From an uncultured Chloroflexia bacterium (lineage in GTDB: Bacteria; Chloroflexota; Anaerolineae; JAAYZQ01), in the NCBI GenBank assembly GCA_963700285.1, contig CAVOXA010000010.1, forward strand, positions 192,001-256,000: a stretch of DNA of 64,000 bases, in the 5' to 3' direction. The position numbers and the translations under genes are program-made. A model generated the notes under the pieces. The model saw nothing but the letters and a program-made list of their open reading frames with translations. It was not told where the DNA came from and ran no database searches. Below are positions 61,461 through 64,000 of the stretch, one piece after another (within the stretch, counting starts at the first letter, position 1; the number at the start of each line of letters is the position of its first letter).

Positions 61461-62369
61461 TCAACAGATCAGGCGCAGGCACTGGGGGAACAACTCGATC
61501 TCGAAGCGGCGGGCTCCGACGCCATAGATTTCGCCATCCGCTTGCGCCGCCCAGGGCGAGTCGCTGACAATCGTCACCTTCCGGCCCTGGGTCATTGTGA
61601 TTGCCGGGTCAGTGACGTGGGTGCCACGCATGAACCGGGGCAGCCAGGACACCATCTTGGCCCGATCCACTTTGCTGGCAATACACAGATCCAGCAGGCC
61701 ATCGTCCATCCGGGCCTCGGGGGTCATGTAGAATCCGCCCCCCATCCTCCGCCCGTTCATCACAGAGACCATCAGGCTGAGCTGGACGAGTTCGTCGTCG
61801 TCAATCTGGATTAGGGTCTCGGGTGCGTAGTAGTAGTAGGCCAGTGTCCTGACGACCGCCACAAGGTACAGGAGGTAACCACGGAGCCGCTTGATCTTGC
61901 GGCTTTCGATGTTGGCTACAGCATCAAAGCCAACACCGGTGCCGTTGCCAAAATAGAGGGGCTCCTCGTCGTCGGCCTTGATGCGGCCCACATCTACCAG
62001 GCGGGTACCGCACCGAGCCACAACCTGGCAGGCCTCCCGCGGGTCCAGGGAAAGGCCGGCGCCAAAAGCAAAATCGTTTCCGGTACCGATGGGGATTATG
62101 CCCAGGGCCGTGCCATCCGGGCCGGCGTTGGCCTGCATCAGGCCGTTGATGGCCTCGTTGGCCGTGCCGTCGCCGCCCACGGCAATGACCACCTCCCGGC
62201 CCCGGGCAGCGGCTTCGCGGGCCAGGGACCTGGCATGGCCGGGAGCGTCCGTAGTAAGCAGTTCAAGATCAAGGCCACTACTTTCCAGCCAGCCGGTGAT
62301 CCGCGTCGCAAGGAGGGCGCCGGACCCTCGGCCGGCAGCCGGATTCAAGATGACAGTCGTTTTCGACAT
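61461..62369 (-). CDS. Diacylglycerol kinase-family lipid kinase (YegS/BmrU)
   Basis: NPAAG, GGDGT, PIGTGNDF and QADGE. Confidence 0.9.
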   Translation of the reverse strand: MSKTTVILNPAAGRGSGALLATRITGWLESSGLDLELLTTDAPGHARSLAREAAARGREVVIAVGGDGTANEAINGLMQANAGPDGTALGIIPIGTGNDFAFGAGLSLDPREACQVVARCGTRLVDVGRIKADDEEPLYFGNGTGVGFDAVANIESRKIKRLRGYLLYLVAVVRTLAYYYYAPETLIQIDDDELVQLSLMVSVMNGRRMGGGFYMTPEARMDDGLLDLCIASKVDRAKMVSWLPRFMRGTHVTDPAITMTQGRKVTIVSDSPWAAQADGEIYGVGARRFEIELFPQCLRLIC

Positions 62370-62464
62370 GGCTGCCTTTCTGGCTACGATCTGGCTACGA
62401 ATTCCACCATATGACAACACCCAGAACGGAAAGAAGTTACTACCGTCCCCTTTGCCAGGACGAT

Positions 62465-62502
62465 CCTCCCGCAGGCTGCGACTTGATGGAGCCTGCGGGA
62501 GG
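62465..62502. repeat. Dispersed REP-like copy
   Basis: CCTCCCGCAGGCT-12 nt-AGCCTGCGGGAGG in an intergenic region. Confidence 0.7.
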
Positions 62503-62660
62503 CTCTCGATAGACCGAAAGGTAGTTACTTGGGGCACAACCTTTGACCATTCACCAGGAAAATGGTATGATAGCAGGCAATTGGCCAACAACACTCAACT
62601 TGTCAGCTTGCGGCTCATGGCAGCATCTGGCTGAATGCTGAAAGCTGACGGCGGTACGAC

Positions 62661-63293
62661 GTGAGACTACAGGGCTCTCGGGTTACCATCCGGCCCATGG
62701 GGCAAAAAGACATAGACGCGATGATCAGATGGCGTCCCTTTGCCGACCCCTTGTACCAACCCTTTGACTTTCCCCGCAACAGCAAGGCCGATCAGGTCCA
62801 GTGGTTCAACTGGCGAAACCAGGATGCCGGCCGGCGCCTCTATGCTGTCGAGGATGAGGCGGGCCGGGTCATTGGCAGCCTGACGCTGCGCGAGATCGAC
62901 GGGCGGCGGTCGTCCCGGCTGGGGATCACCCTGGGCGCCGATTTTGTCAGCCAGGGCTACGGCAGCGAGGCGATGCGTCTTTTCCTGGACTACTACTTTG
63001 AGGAGCTGGGCTTCGCCCGGATGGTCCTGGACGTGGCCGCCACCAACCTGCGGGCGGTTCGTGCCTACCGTGCCCTGGGCTTTCAGCGGATAGGCCACCA
63101 CTACCGGCCCGCCAACCACAAGAGCTACCGCACCGTCCGCAAAGATCCACGCTACCGCCACCTGCGTCACTTTTTCCAGCACCAGGGCACCTCGTACCAG
63201 GTACTGTTCTACGACATGGCCCTGACCCGCGAGGAATGGCTCGCCACACGCGAGGAGCAGGTCGCCACCTCTGAAAACAAGGCAGGTCCATAG
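62661..63293 (+). CDS. GNAT N-acetyltransferase (RimJ/RimL-like)
   Basis: SQGYGSEA and NLRAVRAYRALGF. Confidence 0.85.
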   Translation: MRLQGSRVTIRPMGQKDIDAMIRWRPFADPLYQPFDFPRNSKADQVQWFNWRNQDAGRRLYAVEDEAGRVIGSLTLREIDGRRSSRLGITLGADFVSQGYGSEAMRLFLDYYFEELGFARMVLDVAATNLRAVRAYRALGFQRIGHHYRPANHKSYRTVRKDPRYRHLRHFFQHQGTSYQVLFYDMALTREEWLATREEQVATSENKAGP

Positions 63294-63390
63294 GGATCTG
63301 GCTGCGAATCGCGCCTCCGCTCAAAAGTCCTCAGAGGCTTTCCCCGAACAGGTCCGGGAACCCCATCAAGTGTCGGTAAGTGTCGGTGAT

Positions 63391-64000
63391 TCAATCCCGC
63401 ATGCTCAGCCCGATCCGCCCCCGATCGAGGTCGATACTGACGACGGTCACATCGACGACGTCGCCGACGCTCACCACGTCCAGAGGGTTACGGACATAGT
63501 GGTCGGCCATCTTGGACACGTGGACCAGGCCATCCTGCTTGACACCGATATCCACAAAGGCGCCAAAATCCACCACATTGCGCACCGTACCCCGCAAGCG
63601 CATGCCCTCCCGCAGATCCTCCATCTTGAGCACGTCCTGGCGCAGCAGCGGCGGTGGCAGGTCGTCGCGGGGATCGCGGCCCGGACGGCTCAGCCCATCC
63701 AGGATATCGGCCAGGGTTGGTTGGCCAACGTCCAGCAGATTGGCCAGGCCAGCCAACCCAAACTCGTCACGAACCGCCCGTACCCGAGCTACCATGTCCC
63801 GCGCCTTCAGGCGGGTGCCTGCCAGCTCCAGCAGTTTGTTGACTACCGGGTACGACTCGGGGTGGATGGGCGTATTGTCCAGCGAGTTGGCGGACTCGGG
63901 AACGCGCAGAAAGCCGGCCGCCTGCTGGTAGGCCTTGGGGCCCAAACCCGTGACCTTTTTGATATCGGACCGCTTTTTGAAAGGGCCCTGCTCGTCGCGG
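63391..64000 (-). CDS. tex: Tex family RNA-binding protein, C-terminal part (partial)
   Basis: GPKAYQQAAGFLR, IHPESY, PGRDPR and S1 domain NVVDFGAFVDIGVKQDGLVH. Confidence 0.93.
   Translation of the reverse strand, partial: RDEQGPFKKRSDIKKVTGLGPKAYQQAAGFLRVPESANSLDNTPIHPESYPVVNKLLELAGTRLKARDMVARVRAVRDEFGLAGLANLLDVGQPTLADILDGLSRPGRDPRDDLPPPLLRQDVLKMEDLREGMRLRGTVRNVVDFGAFVDIGVKQDGLVHVSKMADHYVRNPLDVVSVGDVVDVTVVSIDLDRGRIGLSMRD

Overview
GC-rich bacterial window. Gene content suggests Chloroflexota/Anaerolineae (inference only). At least 12 single-base indels break conserved genes, probably from long-read assembly errors. From start to end it holds: a small catabolic cluster (ABC ATPase end, sulfatase-like enzyme, amidohydrolase, UroD-family protein); an eroded RHH/PIN toxin-antitoxin pair; an S41 protease with an OmpR-type two-component system; yceI; an alternative complex III (ACIII)/Qrc-like operon followed by UbiA prenyltransferase, flavin oxidoreductase, methyltransferase and type III PKS; a moxR/DUF58/batABCDE operon; an accessory locus at about 29.9-37.0 kb; nfnAB; csoR-copZ-copA; a triple-DsbA lipoprotein; a ccm/ccdA/tlpA cytochrome c maturation cluster; and housekeeping genes. 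The accessory locus contains a catalytically degenerate tyrosine recombinase, a REP-associated tyrosine transposase (RAYT) and a complete diversity-generating retroelement (DGR). The DGR target is a membrane-anchored NACHT-HEAT-FGE/C-type-lectin protein, and one REP palindrome family marks every gene junction of the locus. Strongest signals: (1) the REP-punctuated, RAYT-linked DGR diversifying an NLR-like sensor, with 10 of 10 VR substitutions at TR adenines; (2) a probable two-selenocysteine DsbA protein (UPFC and UPAC), each UGA followed by a hairpin with the same loop at the same distance; (3) an ACIII operon co-oriented with a putative polyketide-quinone pathway.
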